Source: Octopus vulgaris (taxonomy: Eukaryota). Taken from it: a stretch of 64,000 nucleotides of DNA. The stretch lies in contig OX597821.1 of the NCBI GenBank assembly GCA_951406725.2, positions 66,154,001-66,218,000 on the forward strand, read 5' to 3'. Positions 50,619-64,000 of the stretch are shown piece after piece (positions within the stretch are counted from its first letter, which is position 1; every line of letters begins with the position of its first letter). The notes beneath the pieces were generated by a model. The model saw nothing but the letters and a program-made list of their open reading frames with translations, had not been told where the DNA came from and did no database searches. The translations under genes and the position numbers were made by a program.

Positions 50619-50845
50619 TAGTAATCCCTCGACTATCGCGGGTGTTACGTTCCCAGCCCCAACCCCCTCGCGATAGGTGAAAATCCACTAAGGAGAAACA
50701 GTACTGTATTTTATATTTTTAAAAAATTATCTTTATACTTTGAATACATTTATTTTATTATAAATGTAAAACAACACCACGGAGGAATCGACGTAAGCTT
50801 AAATATTAAATCCCGATAGGTGAACTGCGATATGGTGAGGGATTA

Positions 50846-50848
<3 letters not shown>
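50619..50848. mobile_element. pogo/Tigger-like MITE
   Basis: TA|TAGTAATCCCTC ... GAGGGATTACTG|TA. Confidence 0.85.
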
Positions 50849-50897
<49 letters not shown>

Positions 50898-51953
50898 CAA
50901 AGTGGGACAAGAACGCAAGACATCCGGACAGCTAGGTGATACAACAAGGACAAAACATCCAGATAGACTATACAAAGAAAACAAGGACGGGTCATTCGAA
51001 GCCCTCTATCCTCAGTCAAGCACCATATTATCACCGCAATTTCGGCTGATTATTCTTGACGTACGTACACTTTGCTCTCCAATATACATATACATATACA
51101 CACATACATATATATATAGTGCCTATTATCATTTAACATTGTACTATGATTAAGAAGGAATTTACGCAAAATATATCTATTTGAACATATAAAAATAAAC
51201 GAGAGTCTGCTACGTTTCAAACTGTAGACTACATCTCTGGACGTAGGTAGTTATAATTTTGTATAGAGGTAATTTTTTTTTTCAAAGAAGGAGTAGGGTT
51301 GTGCTGGTGTAGTTTTTCTACAACTTGTTTTTCAGCTCCAGACAGAGAGAAAAAAAAAACAAGAATATTATATATTTTGCCCTAATTGCAACAGACATTG
51401 GAAACAGTTACTGATTCGGAAAAAAATTACAATAGTATTTTCTGGAAGGGAGAAAAAAAAAAAAAAACGATTTTTAAAAGAGAATATAAAAATAAAATAG
51501 TTGTAAAGTTATATCTCAGGTAATGTTTTTCATTTTAGAACACTGGTAGCATCGTAAGTACATCGGACAAAAATGTTTAGCGGTATTTCTTTCGGCTCTT
51601 TACGTTCAGAAGTCAAATTCTATTGAGGTCAACTTTGCTCCAGTACCGGTACTGGGGGCCGATATAATCGACTTTTCCCTACCTCAAAATTGCTCGATTT
51701 GTGCCAAAATGTGAGCCCAGTGGTAAAGTCGGCGAGCTGACAGAATTGTTAAGCACGCCAGGCGCAGCTTAACGGCACTGCGTTCGTCTTTGCGTTCTGA
51801 GTTCAGATTCCGACGTGGTCGACTTTGCGTTTCATCCTTTCGAGGTCGATAAAATAAGTGCAAGTTGAATACTAGGGTCAATATAATCGACTTCCCCCAC
51901 CTCACCAATTTCAGGCCTTGTGCCTATAATAGAAAGGATTATTATAATTATTA

Positions 51954-52115
51954 GCAGGAGTGGCTGTGTGGTAAGTAGCTTGCTAGCCAACCACATGGTT
52001 CCGGGTTCAGTCCCACTGCGTGGCATCTTGGGCAAGTGTCTTCTGCTATAGCCCCGGGCCGACCAATGCCTTGTGAGTGGATTTGGTAGACGGAAACTGA
52101 AAGAAGCCTGTCGTA

Positions 52116-52168
<53 letters not shown>

Positions 52169-52392
52169 GTTTGTGTGTCTGTGTTTGTTCCCCTAGCATT
52201 GCTTGACAACCGATGCTGGTGTGTTTACGTTCCCGTCACCTAGCGGTTCGGCAAAAGAGAATAAGTACTGGGCTTACTAAGAATAAGTCCCGGGGTCGAT
52301 TTGCTCGACTAAAGGCGGTGCTCCAGCATGGCCGCAGTCAAATGACTGAAACAAGTAAAAGAGTAAAAAGAGTAAAAAGAGTAAAGAGAGTA
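51954..52392 (+). mobile_element. SINE family A, full-length young copy
   Basis: Colinear with 3607-4051; (AGTAAAAAG)n tail; starts in the (ATT)n tail of a SINE B. Confidence 0.92.
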
Positions 52393-52520
52393 ACAAGAAG
52401 CACCACAGAGTCCGTTTCAAGGGCTCAGCTGATAGATTAATCAGATTCTGGCAAGTAATGGATATATTCTCTACAGTATGCTGTATTGGGTCCTTATTTT
52501 ATCTAGGCGCGCGCGCACAC

Positions 52521-52562
<42 letters not shown>

Positions 52563-52662
52563 GCACACACACATATACGTAAAGACACACCGCACGGACA
52601 TATGTAAGTGTATACGTATCTGCATACATATACTTGTATATATAGTTATGTTATACATGTAT

Positions 52663-52701
<39 letters not shown>

Positions 52702-52747
52702 CACACACACACACACGCGCGCACGCACACACACACACATATATATA

Positions 52748-52899
52748 TGTCTGTGTGGTATGTAGCTTGCGTACGAACCACATGGTTCCGGGTACAGTCC
52801 CACTGCATGACACCTTGGGCAATAGTCTTCTACTCTAGCCTTGGACCGACCAAAGTCTTGTGAGTGAATTTGGTGGACAGAAACTGAAAGAAGCTCGTC

Positions 52900-52987
<88 letters not shown>

Positions 52988-53165
52988 CTATATGTGTATA
53001 TGCTTGTGTGTCTGTGTTTGTGCCCCCAACATCGCTTGACAACCGATGCTAGTGGTAACTTAGCGGTTCGGCAAAAGAGCCCGATAGAATAAGTACTAGG
53101 CTTACAAAGAATAAGTCCTGGGGTCGATTTGCATGGCCACAGTCAAATGACTGAAACAAGTCAAA
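52748..53165 (+). mobile_element. SINE family A with internal deletions
   Basis: Colinear with family A. Confidence 0.85.
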
Positions 53166-53166
53166 A

Positions 53167-53225
<59 letters not shown>

Positions 53226-53282
53226 CAGAATGATATAAAAAAATCCAAGGCCGTGAATAGTCTTCAGAACATTTATAAAGAG

Positions 53283-53330
53283 GTCTTACAGCTGTTTCCG
53301 GGATATTTTATATATCCCTTCGTCAGAGAC
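53283..53330 (-). ncRNA. Minimal type-I hammerhead ribozyme motif in pLTR-like repeat 53221-53470
   Basis: GUCU-CUGACGA-A-GGGAUAU(AUAAA)AUAUCCC-G-GAAA-C(AGCU)G-UA^-AGAC; stem III is the perfect palindrome ACAGCUGU. Confidence 0.82.
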
Positions 53331-53501
53331 AGTGCGAGGAAATGTTTAGGTAATACTTATTGTAGAGAAGATATGAAATACAGAGTGAAGTGGAGGAATG
53401 AAAACAGAATTGAGATACGTAAAGGATATTGTATTTGCAGTTCCATTATTTAAGCAGAATGGTGTATATATAAGTTTCCTGTACCTAGTGTTAATATGCG
53501 T

Positions 53502-53550
<49 letters not shown>

Positions 53551-54423
53551 TACATATATGAACGTTCACTCACTCACTCGCGCGCGCGATATCTAGGAAA
53601 GGGTTGGCGTCTTTTGACATCACTAATGAGGTCACGGAGCGGAATCGAAGCTACAAACCGCGCACTACACACACACACACAAACTAACACACATACACAC
53701 AAACACAAACTAACACACACACATATACACACCGAGGCACACAAACATCCATATCACCAGCGCAAAAAACAAACAAAAAAAAAAACAGAACGTTTGTTCT
53801 TATACGGAAGATAGGTCAGAGAGATGCCGGTGTTAACGATATTCATTCGATCATAACATTGATGTGGGGGATCCGATAGGGACGAAAGAGGTGGGGGGCG
53901 GGGGCGGGGGGCGGACGCGAGGAGTGAGTAGTAGTAGCAGTAGGAGCAGGGGTAATGGTGAGAGGAGAACTTAATGTTGGGCTCGTAGAAGGAGGAGGAG
54001 GAGGAGGAGGAGGAGGGATTGGCTGATGATGCTTTGAGGCATTCTGATATTTCCTTTCAAGAGGCTTGCTTGATATTCCCGATAATGGAAGGGTTTCTGC
54101 AATGCATTTTTTTTAGTTCTTTCTTTCTTTCTTTTAATGGAAAACCTCAAAGGGACCAAATCATAAATTCTCGGCGCGCGCGTGTGTGTATGTGTGTGTG
54201 TGTGTGTGCGCGCGCACGTGTGCGCGTGTGTGTGCGTGAGAGAGAGAGAGAGAAGCTTTCTGCATTTATGATTGATTTGGGGTAAAGGTATATATATGTA
54301 TATATATATATATGATCAGATTAGACACACACACAAGTATGCATGCATGTATGTATGTATGTATGTATGTATGTATGTATGTATGTATGTATGTATGTAT
54401 GTATGTATGTATGTATGTATGTA

Positions 54424-54582
54424 TGGCTGTGTGGTAAGTAGCTTGCTAACCAACCACATGGTTCCGGGTTCAGTCCCACTGCGTGGCATCTTGGGCAAGT
54501 GTCTTCTACTATAGCCCCGGGCCGACTAATGCCTTGTGAGTGGATTTGGTAGACGGAAACTGAAAGAAGCCTGTCGTATATT

Positions 54583-54676
<94 letters not shown>

Positions 54677-54882
54677 TTTGTCTGTGTTTGTCCCCTAGTA
54701 TTGCTTGACAACCGATGCTGGTGTGTTTACGTCCCCGTCACTTAGCGGTTCGGCAAAAGAGACCGATAGAATAAGTACTGGGCTTACAAAGAATAAGTTC
54801 CGGGGTCGATTTGCTCGATTAAAGGTGGTGCTCCAGCATGGCCGCAGTCAAATGACTGAAACAAGTAAAAGAGTAAAAGAGT
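54424..54882 (+). mobile_element. SINE family A, full-length young copy in (TATG)n
   Basis: Colinear with 3607-4051. Confidence 0.92.
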
Positions 54883-55115
54883 ATATGTATGTATATGTAT
54901 ATGCATGTATATATGTATGTGTATATATCTATGTATATATATATGTGCATGTGCATATATGTACGTATATATGTGTATGTGTATATATGTATGTATGTGT
55001 GTATGTGTATATATGTACGTATATATGTGTGTTTGTGTATATATGTATGTATGTGTATGTGTATATATGTATATATGTCTATGTATGTATATATCTGTAT
55101 GCATATATGTATATG

Positions 55116-55146
<31 letters not shown>

Positions 55147-55351
55147 CTGTGTACAGTATGCATAAACAAATATATGTATACATATATATGTATTATACGT
55201 ATCTACATGTGTATATATAGATATACAAACACACACATGTATATATGTGCGTTTGTGATATAAACTTGCATGTATATTAGATTACATTATTTTAACACAG
55301 CTCTAGTGTCTGAGCAACATTTTGTCTATTACAGGCATATATACACATATG

Positions 55352-55455
<104 letters not shown>

Positions 55456-57137
55456 AATACACCCAACATATATTTCAATGTATGTAATATATACACGATG
55501 AGCTCAATAATCTAAGGAAAATACATAACAATATAACGGAAGATATAAACGGAAGATATATGCAATACATACATACATACAAATATACACACGTATATAT
55601 CAACACAAACACTAAGTATATTATTATAATAAAATGATATCACTATAGTATTATAGTAATGTGATATGAATTATGATACTAATAGGCGTACTTCTTAGCG
55701 TATATTATCAGTGGATCCTGGTAATATGCATATATACGTACACATATATGTATTTATATATGATCTATATATGTATATATATAATATATACAAACAGCTG
55801 GTATATGTAACACATCCCGTACGTAGTACAGTTTATCAACATACAAACACGTGTACGTGTACGATTTCGGTGCATCTCGTATTAAAATATTTGACAGGTG
55901 AAATGGAGTTATTGCTGTTTTGGCGGGGGTCAGTGGGTATATTTATGATCAAAGATATTCCATCCATAATAATCCAATTTTATTTCATTTTTTGTTCTTT
56001 TTAATATATGGCCGACCTTGAACTATATTATTCGATGTAGAAAATTCCTCGCCAGTTCGTGCCAAAGAGTTGATGTTACTGTCATTGTTGGTTAGCCTCA
56101 TATCGGCAATGATTTAACCAACTTATATTTCGAGTCATTTGGACCGTGATCAATCCTATTTTATATGTTAGGAACTACATTTTCCGTCTGTCCTTTAGTT
56201 ATTTATTTTTTATGACTACAAAACACGATATATGAGTATATGTTAGTATTTATTACGTTGAGGTTCTTCCTACATGTTTGTGTTGACTGGGTGAGTTTAT
56301 CAGACCTTTGGTTCACACAAATGACTGGCGGATATCTAACTTAAAAGGAAGAGTAGATCACCATCAAAACGTATAATGAATCTTTGTTAAGCTGATCGGT
56401 ATTGAGAAATACTTGTTGTTCTGTTAGCTTGTATTTCCTGTAAATTATTTAAACTGAGATGGACCTTGCAGCCAAATGTGCTCTTGTGAACGTCGGCTGA
56501 TCTTGCCGACTCTCTTGTGATCGATTCCAAAGCTTCCTTTGGTAGTGGGGAAAGGTTAAGGTTATGATTTGTAATGGTTAGGGTTAGGGTCCGGTAAGTA
56601 TGTTGACAAGCCGACCAGCCAGTTACGCGAACGTTCACATTCTTGTGAATCGACCAAGAAATAATAGCCCCAAGGGCTGGTTGGACATTTTTGAGGAAAT
56701 TCTTGTGTGAACTTGCCATTAGAAGAATTAATTAAAATGCGAATAGCAGAATAATGATTGAAATATGTCCGACCAATTGAGCAAACAGAGGAAAAGAAAG
56801 AAAAGAGGGTGAAACATGGAACAAAAAATGTAAACAAGCACACACACACACACACACACGCATAAACGCAGAGTACATTCAGTCATAAGAAGATACGTAT
56901 ATGCACGATATTGTATAGACACACACGTACATCACAGACATAATATATACGTGAACACATATACACACACACATACAACTGTGTGTATATACTTGTGTGT
57001 GTGTGCGTGCGTGTGTATATATATATATATATATATAAACAGTTTAGCATTGTTTTATAGCGAAGAAGGCGTTAATGCATTAAATCCGAAGGGAGCCTTC
57101 CCAACTATTTTTATAAATACATGTATGTATATGTGCT

Positions 57138-57190
<53 letters not shown>

Positions 57191-57250
57191 ATATAATATG
57201 TAAACAAAATATAGGTATACTTAAATAACCATAAGCATACACACAGATAG

Positions 57251-57309
<59 letters not shown>

Positions 57310-57834
57310 TTATATACACACACACACACACACACACATACACACGTAATAATAGCATGATGTATTTATAAACAGAATAGAAGCTTACGCAAACTAAAAT
57401 ATAAATTTAAAAAAAAAAGACATTATGATATACAGCTACACGTCTGTTACGATATAATACAGTTCGTACTATTTGTATACTTGTGCACATGTGTGTTATG
57501 TGTATATATATATATACATCTGTGAATGCTTGGTTTATTACATTGTATATAAACATGTTCCCTGAGAGTATAAACCTAAGCGTTTCCCGTTATGAGCGCA
57601 GAAACGTGCGATCAGGCGCACACTTAACGCTCACATATATACACGCCAATGTTTCTTCATATAAATATATGGTTATTCTTAGCTGCCGTTAGAAATACTC
57701 GTGTGAGTGTGTATACAAGATATATACTCACATTTATACACTTACACACACACACACACACACTTCTATATACATATATACTTATGTGTGTGTGCGTGCA
57801 TACATTTATATATGCATACAGTTATATATGAGTA

Positions 57835-57895
<61 letters not shown>

Positions 57896-58401
57896 ACACA
57901 CACATGTAGATATACATGTTTGTGTATACATGTGCTTATCAGCTAAAAGTTAATATATTTATCTCCATGTTTATAATAATATATCAAATGTCCGTGTGTT
58001 TGTGTCTGTGTGTGTGTGTACATATATATATGACGTACACACATACATACTTATGCATATACATACATACATACATACATACATACATACATACATACAT
58101 ACATACATACATACATACACCATGTTACATCTCAATATATCATCGCTCACAAATCGAATTATTCTACATTACTGAGACCATTACCAAACTTTGCATGAAG
58201 AAATATATCTATGAAGTACTTACTTATTCCCATTACGGTTATAAACAACCGATTTCTGACTTATAATTCCAATGCGAAATTCTGAAATCGAAGTAGTTTT
58301 TAAATATAAAGATTTAAACGTAGAATAAAAAAATATTGGTGCCTTTGCGATTTTTTCAGTTGGTCTTGATAAATTTTAGTTCAGATCTGAGGTAACACCT
58401 A

Positions 58402-59053
58402 TCTCTTTTATTTTAATACTTGTTTCTGTCATTAGACTGAGGAAATTTTAGTCGAACGAATCGACCCTAGTAGAAATCTTTTATTTTAAACCTTGTACTT
58501 ATTTTATCGGTCTCTTTTGCCGAACTGCTATTGTACAGGGACGTAAACACATCAACACCAGTTGTCAAGCAGCGTTGGTGGGCAAGTAGGGAGGACAAAC
58601 AGACACAAAATCACACAGATGTATTTATATATATATATGTATATATACGACGGGCTTCTTTCAGTTTCTGTCTACCAAATCCGCTCACAAGCCTTTGGTC
58701 GGCCTGAGACTATAGTGGAAGATACCTGCCCAAGGTGTCACGCAGTGGGACTGAACCCGGAACCATGGGATTGCTGGTTTTTCTTAAGCCTATTACTTAT
58801 TCTATCGATTTCTCGCCGTATCGCTAGTATACGGACATGTAAACAAACCAAGACGGTATGTCAATCGGTGCGGCGACAAACATAAAGACTAACACACATA
58901 TGTTTATAATTACAACAGGCTTCCACACAGTTTCTGTGACCGAATTCACTCATAAAACATTAGTCGATCTGGGATTCTAGTAGAAGGTGCCCTACACTGG
59001 GACTGAACCGGAAACCACATGGTTGAAGAGCAAGCTTCTTAACCACACAGCCA
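58402..59053 (-). mobile_element. Two tandem older SINE A copies
   Basis: Diverged matches at about 58402-58770 and 58776-59053. Confidence 0.75.
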
Positions 59054-59579
59054 TCTGTATCTAGCCTAGAAATTCGGATGCACTTCCGGGAGACTGCATA
59101 GAACTTCTGTCTTTATTTAAATACATAACTTGTCATTTTTTCACCTGTACTTCCGTCATTTCATTAAGTGTGTGTGTGTGTGTGTCTGTCTGTCTGTCAA
59201 ATTCCACTGACGGTTTATTTGTTGCCCCAAGGCTATAGTGTACACATGCTTAAGATGCTGTGAAACTAAATCAAACCGGGAACAGTATGGATGCCGGCAA
59301 ATGTCTAAAGCAATAACACCCACGAGTACTTTTATCAAAAAGTGTATCCATTTACTTGTCTGTCTGTGGGTCCATGCGCGCGAAACTGTGTCGAGGTGTG
59401 TGTATGTATATATATAGCTGTGTGTGAATACATACATACTATACATAATACGTATGTATGTATTCACACTTGCACAGCTATGCACACAGCTCGACACAAT
59501 TTCGCAATCCGTTAAAGCACTTACCTAGCGTACCTAATCGTTTAGATCACCTGTGAAGTAAACCCTCATATTTTGTTTG

Positions 59580-59583
59580 TGTC

Positions 59584-59623
<40 letters not shown>

Positions 59624-59683
59624 TTTGTGTGTGTATGCATATTTACGTATGAGTATATGAGTGCGTATGTGTTTGTGTGTGTG

Positions 59684-59724
<41 letters not shown>

Positions 59725-59787
59725 TATATATACATATATATATACATATATATATATATACATATATATATACATATATATATATGC

Positions 59788-59836
<49 letters not shown>

Positions 59837-59869
59837 CACATATATACATGCATATATATATATACATGC

Positions 59870-59962
<93 letters not shown>

Positions 59963-59965
59963 AAC

Positions 59966-59996
<31 letters not shown>

Positions 59997-60040
59997 CATA
60001 TACATATATACATACATACATATATATATACATATACATA
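59580..60040. repeat. (TA)n-dominated microsatellite tract
   Basis: Directly visible. Confidence 0.95.
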
Positions 60041-60637
60041 CGGATGAATGTTGGTGTATATCTTCTCACCATTGCTTGACAGCTGATGCTGGTGTGTTTA
60101 CGTCTCTGGAACTTAGCGGCTTGGCAAAAGAAAGCGATAGAATAAGTACTAGGCTAACAAAGAATAAGTCTTCGACCCCCCCCCCCAAAAGAAAAAAACA
60201 AAATTCAAGGCGGTGCTCCAGTATGACCGCAGTCAAATGACTGAAGCAAGCAAAAGAATAAAAGCATATACACACACACATACACAAAAAACGCAAAGTA
60301 AATGATGTGAAAATCATTCAAGGCATTACAAGCTCTTAGAACCTTGACATAATTTATATGACAATAGATATTTCCTTGTAAATTCTATTCATGCATTTGT
60401 CTAAGAAATAGAACTCATCTCCAAGTGTGTGTCTGCGTATATATATATATACATAAAAGTCAAAATATATGAATTCAAATCAAAAAATAACGCTGCTTAA
60501 TGTATCTTTGTACTAACGATATGGAATATATTTGCATGTTTTCGAGTTATGAAACAAATTTGTCCTGATAATAGGATTTTCTTGTTGTTAAATAAAAGTT
60601 CATCAAAATAATTTCTCTGTCATTTATGTTTATGACT

Positions 60638-60638
60638 A

Positions 60639-60694
<56 letters not shown>

Positions 60695-60696
60695 AG

Positions 60697-60764
<68 letters not shown>

Positions 60765-60950
60765 CCTACCTGTCTGTCTGCTTATCTATCTAGCTAGCTA
60801 GCTATCTGTCTGTCTGTCTGTCTATCCATCCATCCATCCATCCATCCATCCATCCATCCATCCATCCATCCATACATACATACATACATACATACATACA
60901 TACATACATACATACATACATACATACATACATACATACATACATACATA
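60638..60950. repeat. Compound tetranucleotide array (TGTC)(TATC)(CATC)(CATA)
   Basis: Successive blocks of related tetramers. Confidence 0.95.
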
Positions 60951-61198
60951 ATGAAGAGAATGAATATTTACAAATATACATTAATTTCCTTGATTGGAAT
61001 CCTTTAACCGAAAGTGTCGAACATTTGATTGGTTGAAAAAGAAATCTATCTCTAAGGATGTTCGTTTGAAATTTACGACATTTCGAATTTGTTTACAGTA
61101 CCTTGTGTTTTGGTTTGCGGCAGCGAGCGACCACAGTCGAGAAACAAATGTTGTCTGTTACATATAAATCGTCAGGTGTACTGCTGCTGAAATGAATA

Positions 61199-61233
<35 letters not shown>

Positions 61234-61587
61234 AATTGTCTGTCTGGCTCTCTCTCTCTCTTCCCCTCTCCCCCCTCTCTCTCTGTCCATCTATCTATCT
61301 GGCTGGCTGGTTGTCTGTCTGTTTGTATGTATAATAATAACAACAACAACAACAACAATAATAATTATTATTATTTAGCAGCATTTCGTCTGTCGTTACG
61401 TCCTGAGTTCAAATGTCGCCTGGGGTCGACTTCACCTTTCATCCTTTCGGAGTCGATAAAACCAGTACCATTTGAAAACTGGTGTCGACGTAAACAACTA
61501 ATTCCCTCTCGCAACTCCGAAATAGCTGGCCTTGTGCCAAAATTTGAAATCATCATCATCAGCATCATTATCATTATCATCATCACC

Positions 61588-61632
<45 letters not shown>

Positions 61633-61649
61633 GGTGGTGGTAGTAGTTT

Positions 61650-61682
<33 letters not shown>

Positions 61683-62273
61683 CAGCAGCAGTAGTAGTAG
61701 TAGTAGTTTTAGCCAGGTGTTGTGACCATGCTAGGACACCACAGACATTAGCGCTAACGTTTGTTTACTTTAGATTCATTCAAACCAAAGTCCTAACACC
61801 GGAACCGCTCCTGGTGTATGTATTTCAGTCGGACAGAGCTTGTCTCCTCTGCGTTTCCTGCAATGACGAGGGTTCGTCTGGCATATTAGATTAAAAATGT
61901 GTCCAATAGCAGTTTGAACCCATTCACATCTACACCTTGTAGATGATCTCGTATTTAAAATATGTATTGTGTACGTTTTTTCAATGAGTATGCCCTTTGG
62001 TCTATTTTCATTCACTTGAAACACTCGGACCTTGAGTCACTCTGTTACTTCTGCTATATATATATATATATATATATATTGAAGTATATTTGCCACCTAA
62101 ATGTGGCGGACACGTAGGTGATAATACTACTGTGTTGTTTATAGCCCCAGGAAGACGTCTCCTCCAGGTGGCTAACGACACACCATCTGTGTCTGATTAG
62201 GATTTGCGAAGGGGCGAAACAGCGGCATCCTCTCCTATAGGTCCGCTACATCTCGGTCAGAGATTTATTATTG

Positions 62274-62322
<49 letters not shown>

Positions 62323-62325
<3 letters not shown>

Positions 62326-62436
62326 GAGTTCAGTTCCAATGAGAAGCACCCTAGGCAAATGTCTTCTGCTATAGCCTCAGGCCAAACCAAAGCCTTGTGA
62401 GACCATTTGGTATAGGGAAACTGAAAGAAACCCATC

Positions 62437-62482
<46 letters not shown>

Positions 62483-62715
62483 GTATGTATATATGTATGT
62501 ATGGATGAATGGATGAATGTACGTATGTATGTATGTATACACACGATGGTATGAGTCTTTGTGTTTGCCCCCCCCTCCCACCATCGCTTGACAACCGATG
62601 TTGGTGTGTTTATGTCGCCAAAACTTAACGGTTCGACAAAATAGATCGATAGAATAAGTACTAAGGCTTACAAAGAATAAGTCCTGGGGTCGATTTCTTC
62701 GACAAAAAGGCGGTG
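62323..62715 (+). mobile_element. SINE family A, truncated at both ends
   Basis: Colinear with family A from the B box to aaaggcggtg. Confidence 0.82.
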
Positions 62716-62889
62716 ATGTGTGAGTGTATGTGTACAGGGGGTGTCCGTCGGATTATTTCTCAGCACACAAACCTACACAAAAACCTGCATCCGCACTTTA
62801 TTTTATTAGCAAAAGATCTGGTTTCGTAGCATAGCATTTTATCAGATTTTCTGGATGTTTTGGCACGATCCATGAGGATTTACCTCTAG

Positions 62890-62925
<36 letters not shown>

Positions 62926-63183
62926 CTCTCATCACTCACTCATTCTCTCTCTCACTCTCATCACTCACTAATTCCCTCTCTCACTCTCATCTCTCTCTCA
63001 CACTATCTCTCTTTCTCTCTCTCTCTCTCTCACACACACACGCGTACTATTTTTACGAATCGAGGCCTCTTTTCCCAGTTTGTACAACCAAACGTGCGAT
63101 TGCATGCATATATGTGTTTACTCTGTTAATGAACAAGAGCAGTTTTCGATAGGCTCATTACGTACACATTCAGATATATCCAT

Positions 63184-63240
<57 letters not shown>

Positions 63241-63907
63241 AGAGAGAGAGAAAGAGAAAGCGTGTATGCTTATGTGTACGAAACGAAAGAAGCTTGCTTC
63301 AGTATGATGGCTTACTATTCTCTCAACATCCAAACATACACAAACACACGCACACTTGTACACACGACGACTAACTTATTCTCGCGCAATATATTCCGCC
63401 GCTGTTGCTGCTCTGCTAGTAATAGAACACTGCTGCTAGCACCAGCATCACCACCACCACAAACCACCAGAATCATCACTGCTACTACTACTACTACTAA
63501 TAATAATAATGCTATCCGGCACAGTAAGCGCATTAGATCCGTGAGTGTATGTATGTACTGTTGGCGACTTTTGCTGCTCTTGTTTAGCCCAAGGTCCGGC
63601 CTGATCGATCATATCTTAATCAGATCAGATCAACAGTGTGTCAACCACAATCATTAATAAAAAAAATTGGGGGGGGGGGAGGGTCTTTAGATACTACGTT
63701 GCGACGAGTATATTGTCTAATAATGTATCCTGGATGTTAAAGTAAAAAGATATATGTTATTTAAAAAAATAAAAAATAGGCTTAGCTGCTATTTCGAGCA
63801 AATGAAACGAGCGCGTTGACTCTTGTTGGCTCGATAAAAGTGTATGCGTGTGTGTGTGTGTGTGTGTATAGCTGAGTGTAAATGTGTTTGATGTGCGTGC
63901 GTGTGTG

Positions 63908-63970
<63 letters not shown>

Positions 63971-64000
63971 GTGTGTGCCCAATGGGAAGCCGTCTTCAAG

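Noticed and set aside
56560-56592. Telomeric TTAGGG repeats (also CCCTAA at about 2790 and 18250)
   Set aside because: Only 2-3 imperfect units, at least one set inside a MITE; not a telomere or fusion site.
56387-56719. 110-aa non-repetitive ORF
   Set aside because: No recognisable domain, and it reads through a TTAGGG-containing repeat fragment.
57058-57098. gcgaagaagg...ttaatgcattaaatccgaag hammerhead-like relic
   Set aside because: Both core segments are mutated, so it cannot be distinguished from chance.

Overview
This is AT-rich, microsatellite-saturated eukaryotic non-coding DNA (intronic or intergenic). The repeat repertoire looks like an Octopus (coleoid cephalopod) genome; that is an inference from recognising the SINE families. 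No intact protein-coding exon is supportable, and almost all listed ORFs are microsatellite or SINE artefacts. The window is a mosaic of at least four tRNA-headed SINE families (called A-D here, about 60 copies or fragments). It also holds LINE remnants (CR1, RTE, R4-like), two decayed Penelope-like (PLE) reverse-transcriptase fragments, Helitrons, hAT/Tc1-mariner/pogo MITEs, a decayed Harbinger transposase and two tRNA pseudogenes. The most striking signal is a dense set of type-I hammerhead-ribozyme motifs from several unrelated repeat families. Intact cores lie at 13469-13514(+), 23047-23141(+), 29281-29326(-) and 53283-53330(-), with variant or decayed ones elsewhere, often inside inverted duplications. 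One family couples a Pol III tRNA-like head directly to the hammerhead, a candidate PLE-mobilised ribozyme SINE. Other highlights are a roughly 350-bp near-perfect palindrome, a 56-bp target-site duplication, a SINE/LINE shared tail with recurrent GGTATTT junctions, and a template-switch rearrangement. All calls are by eye; no searches or folding programs were run.
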